Positions 38,885 through 50,208 of a stretch of 64,000 nt of DNA are shown here, piece after piece. A model generated the notes under the pieces. The model was not told the origin of the DNA and made no database searches. It saw only the letters and a list, made by a program, of their open reading frames with translations. Location of the stretch: NCBI GenBank assembly GCA_052168235.1, contig JBQLZK010000001.1, positions 295,791 through 359,790 on the forward strand. Direction: 5' to 3'. The translations under genes were made by a program, and so were the position numbers. Every line of letters begins with the position of its first letter. The stretch's first letter is position 1. Source of the stretch: Thainema sp. (lineage in GTDB: Bacteria; Cyanobacteriota; Cyanobacteriia; Phormidesmidales; Phormidesmidaceae).

Positions 38885-41800
38885 ATGAGTGTGTTTTCTC
38901 TAGTCAAATTAGGGCTGAGTATGAGTTGGGTGCGATCGCAGCAGATGTCGCTGTTTTTATCAGGCTGTCAACTATTGCGCTATAAACAGGATGCAAAACA
39001 ACGAGCCAACCCCAGACAGCGTCATTGGTGTTGGCTGGGGTTGTTCAGCGTGGGACTGGTACTCAGTGGCCTATACGGTTTACTGTTAGTGAGCGTGTTT
39101 CCAGGAATTGAACCATCCGTCGCTCACGCTTTGGCTACGCATCAGACGACACCGTCCGTCGTTCCAACGCCTCAGGCTCAAGCACCTCTCGCTGTTACCG
39201 CAGTAATTCCAGCCAACTTTCCGCCGCAGTACGCAGTGTCTGATGATGGCGTGCCAACGGGATTCGCCATTGATGTAATGGATGAAATTGCCGATTTGGC
39301 GAGTCTCAACGTCACCTATCAAGTGGAATCCAATTGGCCAACAGTCCAAGCGGCATTTTTAGCGGGTGAAGCTGACTTGATTCCCAATTTTGGCATTTTG
39401 GCGGAGCGCCAGGCTCAGATGGCGTTTACATCACCGATAGAAACCTGTTCCGTTGCCATTGCCGTCCGTCGCGCTACCCCCAATATTGCAACACTAGATG
39501 ATTTGGTCAATCATCCCGTTGCTGTCGTGCAGACCAATGTGGCTCAGTCCATCTTGGCGGACTACAACCAAGCGCACGGTGCTAACGGCAGAATCGAGAT
39601 GATTACCGTCGATACGCCAGAAGCCGCGCTGCTGCATCTGCTGGCGGGTGAAGTCGATGCTGTCATTTATCCAGAACCCGTCTTTCTGAAATTGGCGCGG
39701 CAGGCGCGGGTTGAGCAACGGATTAAGATTGTGGGTGCACCGCTGCAAGAAGTTAAACGTGCGATCGCAGTTCAGCCTGATCAACCAGCACTCCTGCAAC
39801 GGCTCGATCAGGCAGTGCAGCAGTTTATTGACACCGCGCAGTACCGGGCCATTTATCAGCAGTGGTACGGCACACCCACGCCGTTTTGGACAATCCACCG
39901 CATTACTTGGGTCATGATGACCCTATTTTTGGTATTGCTAGCTAGCTGTACAGTTTGGCGCGATCTAACGCTGGCGCGCTTTAATCGGAAACTGCGCCGT
40001 GAGGTTGAACAGCGCCAGCAGTCTGAAGCCCAACTGCGGGACAGTGAAGAACGCTTTCGCGCCACGTTTGAGCAAGTTGCCGTTGGCGTAGCGGAAGTGG
40101 CATTGAGCGGCCAACTTCTACAGGTCAATCAAAAAATCTGTCACATTTTGGGTTACGAACTGGACAAGTTGCTCCAGCTCACATTTCACGAAATTACTCA
40201 TTCGGACGATCTCGCATGCGATCAGCAACACATACAGGCTTTGCTGGTCGAGCCGCAAAAGCCCGATTATTTAACCGAAAAGCGCTGTATCCGCCGAGAT
40301 GGCTCCAGTGTCTGGACACATTTGACGCTTAGCCTGGTGCGCTCAGCCGCAGGAGAGCCAAAGTATTTTGTTGCGGTGATTGAGGACATCAGCGATCGCA
40401 AACGGTTGCAAGAAGAACGCGATCGCTTTTTTACAATGCCAATTGAAATGCTGTGCGTGGTCAGTATGGACGGCTACTTCAAGCAGGTTAATCCGGCCTT
40501 CCAACGCATTTTAGGTTACGACGATGCCGAGTTGCTCGCGCACCTTTTTCTGGATTTTGTTCATCCAGACGACCAAGGCAAAACGCTGGCTGAACTCGAA
40601 AAATTGGCCCGTGGACAAAAAACATATCACTTTGAGAATCGCTATCGCCATCAAGACGGCTCCTATCGCTGGCTGGCCTGGATCGCTATGCCAGAACCAG
40701 AAAATGGCTATATTTATGGGGCCGCCCGAGACATCACTGAGCAAAAACAGCGCCAAGATGCCATTCGGCGACAGGTTGAACGAGATCAGCTCCTCAGCAC
40801 AGTTGCGCAGCGAATTCGCCACTCGTTAGATCTGAATCAAGTGTTGAATACGACGGTGGCGGAAGTGCGCAGCTTCCTCAAGACCGATCGCGTGATTCTA
40901 TACCGCTTTGATGCCAACTGGAGCGGTACGGTAGCGGTTGAATCGGTACAGGCAGGCTGGACATCAATTCGGCATCAGCCGTTTCGGGGCGACTGGTTTG
41001 CGACTCAGCAAGCGCAGTACAGTCAGCAGGGCATGATTCAAGCGATCGCAAATGTGGAAACGGCTCCCCTGCCGATGGCCTATCGCCAGTTTCTCACCCG
41101 TTGCCAAACTAAAGCGTGCCTCGTGATCCCAGTTCTACAGGAAGATCAGCATCAGCGAGATCGCCTCTGGGGCATGCTCGTGGCTCAGCACTGTTCTGCC
41201 CCACGTTCCTGGCGCAGCGAAGAAATCGAGTTTCTCCAGCAGCTTGCTCTACAAGTCAGCATCGCCATCCAGCAGTCTGAACTCTATCAGCAGGTGCAGC
41301 AGCTCAATGCCAATTTAGAGCAGCAGGTGCAGCAGCGTACCCAACAGCTTGAGCAAGCCCTGTTGTTTGAAGCATTACTTAAGCGAATTACCGACAAAGT
41401 CCGCGATAGCCTAGACGAGCAGCAAATCCTCCACAGCGCCGTTTGGGAACTGGCTGAAGCGCTCCAGGTTGTGGCCTGTAACACCGCGCTTTACCAGTTA
41501 CCGGAATTACCAGATGCAGCCATCCAACATTCGGCCCCTCAAGCTGCATCGGTTAGTATCCCCCAGCGGCCTGTGCCGCTCGCAGTTCAAGTATTAGATG
41601 AATATCAAGGCAATCTCAGCTTGCAGGAATATCATGTTGTTTTACCTGTGGAGCGATATCCCGAAATCTATCAGCAGCTCAGCGACGGCCAGGCCTTTCA
41701 GTTCTGCACCTTACTCACCGATCAGCCGCGCGAATGGATGTGCATTGTCGTCTGTCCCATTGTGGACAATAACCAAACCATTGGCGATCTGCTGCTGATG

Positions 41801-42721
41801 CGGCCCGTGGATGCTCCATTTGATGCAGTTGAGATTCGACTGATCCAGCAAATCGCCAACCAATGTGCGATCGCAATTCGCCAAGCACGACTTTATCAAG
41901 CCGCTCAAGCTCAGGTTAAAGCGCTTGAAAAGCTCAACCAGCTCAAGGATGACTTCCTCAGCACCGTATCCCATGAGCTGCGGACACCAATGGCCAATAT
42001 TAAAATGGCAACTCACATGCTGGCCATCATGCTGCATCAACTCAGCAGCATTACCCGCACCAATCGAATTGAACAGTATCTCAGAATTTTAAAGGATGAG
42101 TGCGATCGCGAACTGAGCCTAATCAATGATCTGCTTGACCTTTCGCGGCTGCAGTCCAACCAAAAGCAGCCCAACCCAACCACCTTTGATCTCGGCATTT
42201 GGCTGTCCTATGTCGTTCCACCCTTCGTTGAGCGAGCGGAGTCGCAGCAGCAAACCTTCCAGCTTGAACTGCCGTCCCAAGCCATCGTGCTTACCACAGA
42301 CGCAGCCGATCTAGACCGGATTGTGGCCGAACTGCTGAATAACGCCTGCAAATATACGCCCGCTCAGGAAACGATCACTGTTCATTTAGCGTTAACGACC
42401 GACTCAAACCAGGTTGAGTTGACCATCAGCAACACAGGCACCGAAATTGCCGCCGCTGAGCGAGAGCGCATTTTTGATAAGTTCTATCGAGTGCCCAACA
42501 ATGACCCCTGGAAGCACGGCGGCACAGGTTTAGGTTTAGCTCTGGTTAAACAATTAGTCGAACACCTATCCGGCACCATCCATGTCAGCAGTCCGCCCCA
42601 GCAGGTGATCTTCACCATTCGCTTACCCCGTGCGATCTCACCCCCTGAAACTGACCTGCCTAAGCCTACTCAATTACTCAATTCGAAATATTGTTCTGCG
42701 AAAAACGTTGGAACGTTCTAA
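38885..42721 (+). CDS. Membrane sensor histidine kinase (periplasmic amino-acid-binding domain, 2 PAS, 2 GAF, HisKA, HATPase); start uncertain
   Basis: FPPQY..PTGFAIDVM solute-binding domain, TM, PAS ends DISDRKR/DITEQKQ, DRVILYRF GAF, VSHELRTPM, ELLNNACKYT, GGTGLGL. Confidence 0.9.
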   Translation: MSVFSLVKLGLSMSWVRSQQMSLFLSGCQLLRYKQDAKQRANPRQRHWCWLGLFSVGLVLSGLYGLLLVSVFPGIEPSVAHALATHQTTPSVVPTPQAQAPLAVTAVIPANFPPQYAVSDDGVPTGFAIDVMDEIADLASLNVTYQVESNWPTVQAAFLAGEADLIPNFGILAERQAQMAFTSPIETCSVAIAVRRATPNIATLDDLVNHPVAVVQTNVAQSILADYNQAHGANGRIEMITVDTPEAALLHLLAGEVDAVIYPEPVFLKLARQARVEQRIKIVGAPLQEVKRAIAVQPDQPALLQRLDQAVQQFIDTAQYRAIYQQWYGTPTPFWTIHRITWVMMTLFLVLLASCTVWRDLTLARFNRKLRREVEQRQQSEAQLRDSEERFRATFEQVAVGVAEVALSGQLLQVNQKICHILGYELDKLLQLTFHEITHSDDLACDQQHIQALLVEPQKPDYLTEKRCIRRDGSSVWTHLTLSLVRSAAGEPKYFVAVIEDISDRKRLQEERDRFFTMPIEMLCVVSMDGYFKQVNPAFQRILGYDDAELLAHLFLDFVHPDDQGKTLAELEKLARGQKTYHFENRYRHQDGSYRWLAWIAMPEPENGYIYGAARDITEQKQRQDAIRRQVERDQLLSTVAQRIRHSLDLNQVLNTTVAEVRSFLKTDRVILYRFDANWSGTVAVESVQAGWTSIRHQPFRGDWFATQQAQYSQQGMIQAIANVETAPLPMAYRQFLTRCQTKACLVIPVLQEDQHQRDRLWGMLVAQHCSAPRSWRSEEIEFLQQLALQVSIAIQQSELYQQVQQLNANLEQQVQQRTQQLEQALLFEALLKRITDKVRDSLDEQQILHSAVWELAEALQVVACNTALYQLPELPDAAIQHSAPQAASVSIPQRPVPLAVQVLDEYQGNLSLQEYHVVLPVERYPEIYQQLSDGQAFQFCTLLTDQPREWMCIVVCPIVDNNQTIGDLLLMRPVDAPFDAVEIRLIQQIANQCAIAIRQARLYQAAQAQVKALEKLNQLKDDFLSTVSHELRTPMANIKMATHMLAIMLHQLSSITRTNRIEQYLRILKDECDRELSLINDLLDLSRLQSNQKQPNPTTFDLGIWLSYVVPPFVERAESQQQTFQLELPSQAIVLTTDAADLDRIVAELLNNACKYTPAQETITVHLALTTDSNQVELTISNTGTEIAAAERERIFDKFYRVPNNDPWKHGGTGLGLALVKQLVEHLSGTIHVSSPPQQVIFTIRLPRAISPPETDLPKPTQLLNSKYCSAKNVGTF

Positions 42722-42727
42722 CGTTTT

Positions 42728-43273
42728 CTAAAAATACGGTTTCGCCAACAAAAAACTTGAAATTGATTTCGAATCTACAGGTTCACCTGCCAAAATTGCC
42801 TTCTCTAGTTCTTCCGGTGTCATCAGCACCACTTCAATATCCTCGTCCGCATCCTGATCCGGTGGCGTTTCCAGCTCCTCTAAATCTTGGGCCAAAAACG
42901 CATAAATTAGCTCATCAGAGTAACCAGGAGCCAGGGCAAACTCGCCTAGCTTTTGCCACTTGCCCGCCCGATAGCCCGTTTCTTCTTCAATTTCACGCCG
43001 AATCGTTTCAGCCGGATCTTCATCTGGCTCAACCGTGCCTGCCGGAAACTCCAGCAGTCGCCCCTGCAACGCAAAGCGATACTGCCGCACCAGCACCAGC
43101 CGCCCGTCTGATAACACAGGCACCGCTAACGCCCCACCGGGATGGCGAATACATTCCCAGTCGCCCTCCACCTGATTCGGCAACCGCAGGCGATTCACTT
43201 CAAAGCTAAACTTGCGGCCTGCATAATACAATCGCTGCTGCAAAACCTTGGCAGGCTCTTGTCCCAGGGGCAT
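42728..43273 (-). CDS. NUDIX hydrolase, ADP-ribose pyrophosphatase-like
   Basis: HPGGALAVP, LVRQYR, EFPAGTVEPDEDPAETIRREIEEETGY, PGYSDE. Confidence 0.9.
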   Translation of the reverse strand: MPLGQEPAKVLQQRLYYAGRKFSFEVNRLRLPNQVEGDWECIRHPGGALAVPVLSDGRLVLVRQYRFALQGRLLEFPAGTVEPDEDPAETIRREIEEETGYRAGKWQKLGEFALAPGYSDELIYAFLAQDLEELETPPDQDADEDIEVVLMTPEELEKAILAGEPVDSKSISSFLLAKPYF

Positions 43274-43282
43274 TGATTGACC

Positions 43283-43780
43283 TCATAGACGATAAACACC
43301 AGAACAGTCTACCGCTTTCACGAGATCTGCGATCGCATGTCCCGTCACCGGATCGAGCCAGTCTGCTGCCACATCGGATAGCGGCACCAGCACAAAGGCG
43401 CGCTCTCGAAACCGAGGATGCGGCACGTACAGCGTTTCGGTTTGAATGATCTGATCGCCGTACAGCAGCAAATCCAAATCTAGATGTCGCGCTCCCCAAC
43501 GCTCTCGCCGCACCCGCCCAAACTGAGCCTCAATCGCCAGCAGTCGCTGCATTAAATCTGGCGCTGGTAGCGTTGTGCGAATGACGGCACAAGCATTGAG
43601 ATAGTCGGGTTGGGGTGGGCCGACAGGGGCCGTGCGATACAGTGATGACTGTTCCACCAGCTCAATCTCTGCCTGTTGATTGAGAGTGGTCAGCGCCCCC
43701 GACAGAATCGCCACTGAATCTCCCAGGTTGCTGCCCATTGCGATCGCGCATCGAACTCCGTTCGTTGTCCCTTGAGTCAT
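43283..43780 (-). CDS. folK: 2-amino-4-hydroxy-6-hydroxymethyldihydropteridine diphosphokinase
   Basis: IAMGSNLGD, QPDYLNAC, IEAQFGRVR..RWGARHLDLDLL, VPHPR..RAFVLVPL. Confidence 0.95.
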   Translation of the reverse strand: MTQGTTNGVRCAIAMGSNLGDSVAILSGALTTLNQQAEIELVEQSSLYRTAPVGPPQPDYLNACAVIRTTLPAPDLMQRLLAIEAQFGRVRRERWGARHLDLDLLLYGDQIIQTETLYVPHPRFRERAFVLVPLSDVAADWLDPVTGHAIADLVKAVDCSGVYRL

Positions 43781-43798
43781 ACCCTACATCTCAAAAAA

Positions 43799-43834
43799 TC
43801 AAAGAGGGGCACAGTACGCTGTGCCCCTCTTTGA
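43799..43834 (-). terminator. Intrinsic terminator after tRNA-Gln
   Basis: TCAAAGAGGGGCACAG-tacg-CTGTGCCCCTCTTTGA with a T run on the minus strand. Confidence 0.75.
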
Positions 43835-43848
43835 TAGTAGAACCTTAA

Positions 43849-43920
43849 CTGGGGTGCTAGGATTCGAACCTAGGAATGGCGGGACCAAAACCCGCTGCCT
43901 TACCACTTGGCGACACCCCA
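43849..43920 (-). tRNA. trnQ: tRNA-Gln(TTG)
   Basis: Minus strand TGGGGTGTCGCCAAGTGGTAAGGCAGCGGGTTTTGGTCCCGCCATTCCTAGGTTCGAATCCTAGCACCCCAG folds as a cloverleaf; anticodon TTG; CCA not encoded. Confidence 0.96.
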
Positions 43921-44102
43921 TTGATGTCAGCTTATGTATATTAACAGCAGTATGACCGATAGTGTCAAGTGTTTTTACCCTCTTTTTTGCAGAAAGATTT
44001 AACCTTTATCCACGTATCCTCTGAAAGTCTCATGCCACAAAGCTTTGCGCATGTTTTGCTTTGCTCGCTTCCTCTGCTAGGCAACCGATTTAGCCCACTC
44101 AG

Positions 44103-44450
44103 CTAAACAACAATCTGTCGATAGCGCTCTTGCTCAGGACTATCGTCACCGTAAACGCCTTCTATCTGCTCTTCACAACATGCGATCGCAAAGTCATTAA
44201 AATCTTCCGGTGCAATGTCATACATCTCCTGAAAGATATCGGGCTTCACCCGACAGAAGCGAGGCCGCTCATCGTAAATGGTGCAGAGTCGTGAATCGTG
44301 ATCAAAATGGATGCACCAGCCTCCTTCACCCACCATACTGAGGTACTGGGCTAACTCCGCCTCACTCAGATACTGATCTAAATCGGGCCGATCATCCGGT
44401 TCAAGATTGCAGCATGCACCACACTGCTTCACGCACTGCCAAGTTGCCAT
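44103..44450 (-). CDS. YkgJ family cysteine cluster protein
   Basis: WQCVKQCGACC..GWCIHFD..LCTIYDERPRFCR..CC. Confidence 0.88.
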   Translation of the reverse strand: MATWQCVKQCGACCNLEPDDRPDLDQYLSEAELAQYLSMVGEGGWCIHFDHDSRLCTIYDERPRFCRVKPDIFQEMYDIAPEDFNDFAIACCEEQIEGVYGDDSPEQERYRQIVV

Positions 44451-44545
44451 AGGGTTTCGTTCAGTATTGGGATTTCTATCCTATGTCAATTCAGGTTGCG
44501 ATCGCAGAAACTCAATTCTTCGATGGATCTTTCAATTGATCTTAT

Positions 44546-44573
44546 GTAAGGGCGAATGGCCATTCGCCCTTAC
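44546..44573. repeat. GTAG-type REP-like palindrome
   Basis: GTAAGGGCGAATGGCCATTCGCCCTTAC, near-identical to 50154-50181. Confidence 0.8.
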
Positions 44574-44587
44574 TCCGACGTTAAACC

Positions 44588-45691
<1,104 letters not shown>

Positions 45692-45923
45692 TCAAATTTG
45701 CAGCCCAAACTGCTGTGAACCGAACAACTGCAAATTTGATGTTTATTCAATTTCCATCTAGCGTTATCAACACAAACCGATGCAAATTTCGAATCATCCG
45801 GATGTGTGCTGACCACGGCACTCACGTCACCATTTATATTGGCGACGAATTGTGGGGATCGCGGGATTAATTATGTTTTCTTTGGTTTGTGCTCGGCTAT
45901 GTTAGGGAATCAGGATAACAAAC

Positions 45924-46053
45924 GAATCGACCCGTGCTGCATGAGCATAGAACAAGCAGCACGGGTCGATTCGGGGTGATAGTAGTTTGATTTGGATCTG
46001 GAGAAAGAGCTGGATCTGGAGCTGCGATCGCAGCTCCAGATCCAAATCAAACT
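45924..46053. repeat. Two adjacent palindromes downstream of ychF
   Basis: GAATCGACCCGTGCTGC..GCAGCACGGGTCGATTC, and a 34-bp perfect palindrome at 46011-46044 centred on HIP1. Confidence 0.7.
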
Positions 46054-46102
46054 TCGAGACGGATGCTCACCGCATCTGTAACGCTAATTTGTAGAACTGA
46101 TA

Positions 46103-47194
46103 TTACACATTGAAACGGAACAGGAGAACGTCGCCTTCTTGGACAACATACTCTTTGCCTTCACTGCGAACCAATCCCTTATCTTTAGCCGCATTCATTG
46201 AGCCATTTTCAACCAGGTCGTTGTAAGCAACCGTTTCTGCCCGGATGAATCCTCGCTCAAAGTCGGTATGAATCACGCCTGCGGCTTGGGGAGCCAACAT
46301 ACCGGCCCGGATGGTCCAAGCCCGCGTTTCCTTAGGGCCAGTTGTGAAATAGGTGCGTAACCCAAGCAGCTCGTAGGTGGCGCGAATCAGCGATTTCAGG
46401 CCACCTTCTTCAACGCCGAGCGATTCTAAAAACTCGCCCCGCTCTTCTTCTGGCAGCTCAATCAGTTCGGCTTCAACCTGAGCTGAGATGATTACCACTT
46501 CAGCGTTTTCATTCGCCGCCAGCGCTCTGACTTTTTCCACGTACTCGTTACCCGTCGCCAGATCATCTTCAGACACATTGGCGGCGTAAATAATCGGCTT
46601 GCGAGTTAGCAGGCCCAGCGGTTTGATCAGTAATTCTTCTTCTTCAGTTAGCTCAACTAAACGAGCGGGTTGGCCTTCGTTGAGGACAGGCAGAATTTTT
46701 TCAATCGCTTCCACTTCGGCCTGAATGTTTTTATCGGTACGGGCCTGTTTGCGAGCGCGCTCAATTCGCTTTTCGAGCTGAGCTAGGTCGGATAGAGCCA
46801 ATTCCAGCGTAATCACTTCGATGTCGCGAATGGGGTCAATTGAACCCGAAACGTGAATGATGTCGTCATTTTCAAAGCAGCGGACGACATGGACAATCGC
46901 ATCCACTTCACGAATATTGGCCAGAAACTGGTTGCCGAGACCTTCGCCTTTGCTGGCACCTTTGACTAGGCCAGCGATATCGACAAACTCCACGCGAGCC
47001 GGAACAATCTCCGCTGATTCCGAAATTTTGGCCAGGACATTCAGCCGCTCATCCGGAACGGCGACTACGCCGACATTCGGTTCAATTGTGCAAAAGGGAA
47101 AATTGGCAGCTTGAGCCTTGGCATTGGCGACGAGCGCATTGAAAAGAGTAGATTTGCCAACGTTGGGCAGTCCGACGATTCCGGCTCTGAGCAT
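46103..47194 (-). CDS. ychF: Redox-regulated ATPase YchF
   Basis: [58 protein letters not shown]. Confidence 0.97.
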   Translation of the reverse strand: MLRAGIVGLPNVGKSTLFNALVANAKAQAANFPFCTIEPNVGVVAVPDERLNVLAKISESAEIVPARVEFVDIAGLVKGASKGEGLGNQFLANIREVDAIVHVVRCFENDDIIHVSGSIDPIRDIEVITLELALSDLAQLEKRIERARKQARTDKNIQAEVEAIEKILPVLNEGQPARLVELTEEEELLIKPLGLLTRKPIIYAANVSEDDLATGNEYVEKVRALAANENAEVVIISAQVEAELIELPEEERGEFLESLGVEEGGLKSLIRATYELLGLRTYFTTGPKETRAWTIRAGMLAPQAAGVIHTDFERGFIRAETVAYNDLVENGSMNAAKDKGLVRSEGKEYVVQEGDVLLFRFNV

Positions 47195-47257
47195 GATGAA
47201 TTCCGCAGATTTGTGAACGGCACAGTAAAAGGCACAGTTTTACAGTATAGCGGAAGT

Positions 47258-47360
47258 GGTCGGGGGTGTTGGGGTGGGTAAATGAGTGGATGGGTAGGAG
47301 GGTAGATGGGTGGGGTATTTAGGCAGGGGGGCCAAGGGAGATGGGGGGCTTTGGGGGCAG
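47258..47360. repeat. G-rich 8-bp STRR-type repeats
   Basis: GGGTAAATGAGTGGATGGGTAGGAGGGTAGATGGGTGGGG. Confidence 0.6.
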
Positions 47361-47363
47361 CTT

Positions 47364-47942
47364 TTAAGATTGGTGGTGGCGCAAACGGCGCAGATATCGA
47401 TAGATGTGGGGGGCGAGTAGGTAGGTGATGAAGAATAGATTGGTGGATTGTTCAAATATGGCGAAGGTTTGGGCGTGGTGGCGGTCGTCCCAGTAGCTGA
47501 TGGCGCTTTGAAAGCGGGTCTGCCAATCGAGAGGGAAGAAGATCAGGGGGCCATCGTCTACGTGGGTCACAATATCAACACCGCTGTGTAGCAGACAGGC
47601 GAGAAAGAACCAGAAGAACCAGCGCGATCGCGACCCAATGTTGCGCCGCGATCGCCAAACGATGGCAATTCCTGTCAACAGAATTATGGGTGAATGCAAA
47701 AAATTGTGCAGCGTCATCCACACCGGATCATGAAAAAACAGCGTATCGAACATGTGGTTAAACGTATCCGCTGCGCTCCAGCCGAGAACGTATTGGTAGT
47801 AAACCATGCCGCCAATCGACAGCAACCAGAGCGGAATATCCGGCGCAACTGATCCCAATAAGAACGCACTTTTGACAATCGGAACGCGCGGCAGCGTCTT
47901 ATCTAGTGCCACAGTCATCAAAAAATGGGACGGAGTATTCAT
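47364..47942 (-). CDS. Membrane metal-dependent hydrolase (YdjM-like)
   Basis: MNTPSH, GSVAPD, HNFLHS, LLHSGVDIVTH..GP..FFP. Confidence 0.82.
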   Translation of the reverse strand: MNTPSHFLMTVALDKTLPRVPIVKSAFLLGSVAPDIPLWLLSIGGMVYYQYVLGWSAADTFNHMFDTLFFHDPVWMTLHNFLHSPIILLTGIAIVWRSRRNIGSRSRWFFWFFLACLLHSGVDIVTHVDDGPLIFFPLDWQTRFQSAISYWDDRHHAQTFAIFEQSTNLFFITYLLAPHIYRYLRRLRHHQS

Positions 47943-48222
47943 AAGCCTGGATAGAGTGCTAATCCTGCTGTTGCCATGAAGCTAGAGTCAGGTGATTGGA
48001 GCAGGGGGCAGGGGAGTAGGGGAGTAGGGGGAAGAAATGGGGCTTTATTTAGAGTTGTAGTTAAAGCATCAATAGCATCAATATAAGCTGAATGGACTTA
48101 ACATCTTCTTACAGCGAATTACCAACCGAATTTTAGCCATTACCATACACGCTAAGGTAAATACAAAAGCAATCCCAAACCCATCCACCCTCCTACCCAT
48201 CCACCCTTACTCCCTCACCCCC

Positions 48223-50121
48223 ATGTCTGACTCTGCCCCATCCAACACTCCATCCATGCGCGATCGCAGTTTGGCTTTAATCGACGAAATCATTCAAATG
48301 ACGCTGAAAGGCAACATTCGCTCGACCGCACAGGTGAATCAACTGCTTCAGGCAGGTGTACCGAAAGGTGGCGGTGAGATTTTTGACCGCTGTTTGGGGG
48401 ATCGACGGACAGCTTTAGATAAGGAAAAGGAAACGCAAACTGATGAGCTGAAGCTTGCTAAGGTGGAGCGCAAGCTGCGGGCGCTGAAGACGATTCAGGC
48501 CGAATGGGAAAAGTGGCAGGCCGAGAATGCGGCCAATACCCAGATTGATGACGCGACGGAGCGGATTCTGAATGCTGAACCTGCCGAACAGCTTACAGTA
48601 CTGGTGCAGGAACTGGATCCAAACCGCGATCGCAGTTTCACGTTGAGCCAGTGGCGTGAGCTGGCTAAGTCTCTGCAACAGTCGGCTCAGACACTCCATC
48701 CCGAAATGCGCGAAGGCGTGGAAGCACTGACTGCTGGTATTCAGCAGGGGCTGCAATCTTGGCAGGAACTGGAAACCGATCTCGTCAGTTGGCTGTACGA
48801 CCAAGCGCGGGGATCAATTGGCTTTGCCGGATCGCCAGGACAGTATGGGCCTTGGGCAACCTGGGAGAAAAAGGTCAGCCATGCCGCGCCCAAGCAGCTC
48901 TTTCACACGCTGGCTTTGGAGGAATCAGCGGTCGAATATGCCGCCAAGCATGGGCTTTCCAATCAGGACTGGGTCGGCTTGATGATTACGCTGCGCTGTT
49001 TGCAGCAGGGACTGGTCAACTGGTTCGACAAGCTAGTTTATGACTCAAAAGTTGGCTCTAAACTCTCGATTTCAACCTACTTGGCCTTTGCGGTGCTGTG
49101 GTCGCAGTTGGCCAGTGGCTTTAATCAGGCTGCGACGTTGAATGCCACCAGCCGCGATCGCATGATGCAGGCTTGCTTTCAAATGACGCGGCAAATCCTA
49201 CGTTCCTTTGCGCTGCGGGACTATTTTCCACTGTATGGTGGTCTGTTTGCCTCGTTCTCCGGTCGCTACCTGCGAGATACGCTGGATTACCTGGATCAGC
49301 CGCTGAAACAGGCAGAAGGAACGGCAGAGAAGGCGCGAATTCTGACGCTCTTAGGATCGTCGCAGCGGGCGCTCGGTCGCTACGAGAACGCCATCCAGTT
49401 TCATGAGCAGGCGCTGGAAATTGCTCAGAAAGCGGAGGATATGACCTGCCAAATTGCCAATTTGAATCACCTCAGCCGCACGTATGTGGCCCAGCAGCAG
49501 TACGACCAAGCCGTCAGCTACAGCCAGCGCGCTTTGATTTTGGCGCGGCAGGCAGGCGATCGCACTGGAGAAGCCAATGCCTTAGCCAATCTCGGCTTCA
49601 GCGAAGTCTTCCGGATGCAGCAGCAGGGCAGTGTGGATACTGACACCAGCGAAATGGCAATTCAGTATCTGCAGCAGGGCTTGAAGCTAGTGGAACGGCT
49701 GGGAGATCGGCAAAGCCAGGCCCTCTGTCTCAGCAGTTTAGGCATTGCTCAAGTGATGAATCAAAAGCCCCAAGCCGCCATTCCCTACCTAGAAGGCGGC
49801 ATTCAAGCCGCCCAGTTTGCCGGGGATTTATACCTGCAAGCAACCAATATGGCCTATTTAGCCGAAGCGCAATACCAGCTAGATCAATCCGCATCTGCGA
49901 TCGCAACTGGCAGCCTAGCTATGTACTTACTTGAACAAATGGCCTCGGAAGAATGGCGCTATCCGGCCAAAGTCCTCACAATTTTGCGGGGACAAATCGG
50001 TGATGAGGCATTTCAAAATTTGCTGGCTGAACAGCGATCGCGCATTATCGCCGCCATCGGCGTAGACGGGTATGACCATCTGCCGGAATTACTCAAGCGT
50101 TATCAACAAAACAACGATTGA
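48223..50121 (+). CDS. Tetratricopeptide repeat protein
   Basis: C-terminal TPRs (AIQFHEQALEIA, ANLNHLSR, GEANALANLG, ALCLSSLG). Confidence 0.85.
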   Translation: MSDSAPSNTPSMRDRSLALIDEIIQMTLKGNIRSTAQVNQLLQAGVPKGGGEIFDRCLGDRRTALDKEKETQTDELKLAKVERKLRALKTIQAEWEKWQAENAANTQIDDATERILNAEPAEQLTVLVQELDPNRDRSFTLSQWRELAKSLQQSAQTLHPEMREGVEALTAGIQQGLQSWQELETDLVSWLYDQARGSIGFAGSPGQYGPWATWEKKVSHAAPKQLFHTLALEESAVEYAAKHGLSNQDWVGLMITLRCLQQGLVNWFDKLVYDSKVGSKLSISTYLAFAVLWSQLASGFNQAATLNATSRDRMMQACFQMTRQILRSFALRDYFPLYGGLFASFSGRYLRDTLDYLDQPLKQAEGTAEKARILTLLGSSQRALGRYENAIQFHEQALEIAQKAEDMTCQIANLNHLSRTYVAQQQYDQAVSYSQRALILARQAGDRTGEANALANLGFSEVFRMQQQGSVDTDTSEMAIQYLQQGLKLVERLGDRQSQALCLSSLGIAQVMNQKPQAAIPYLEGGIQAAQFAGDLYLQATNMAYLAEAQYQLDQSASAIATGSLAMYLLEQMASEEWRYPAKVLTILRGQIGDEAFQNLLAEQRSRIIAAIGVDGYDHLPELLKRYQQNND

Positions 50122-50153
50122 TGGTTAGTCGGATGCAAATGGCCAATACAACA

Positions 50154-50181
50154 GTAGGGGCGAATGGCCATTCGCCCCTAC
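50154..50181. repeat. GTAG-type REP-like palindrome
   Basis: GTAGGGGCGAATGGCCATTCGCCCCTAC between convergent genes. Confidence 0.8.
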
Positions 50182-50208
50182 GTTTAGATTAGGTAAAAAC
50201 TGCGATCG

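Noticed and set aside
43849..43920. tRNA-Gln as an integration site
   Set aside because: No duplicated tRNA 3' end or integrase was seen, and housekeeping genes flank it.
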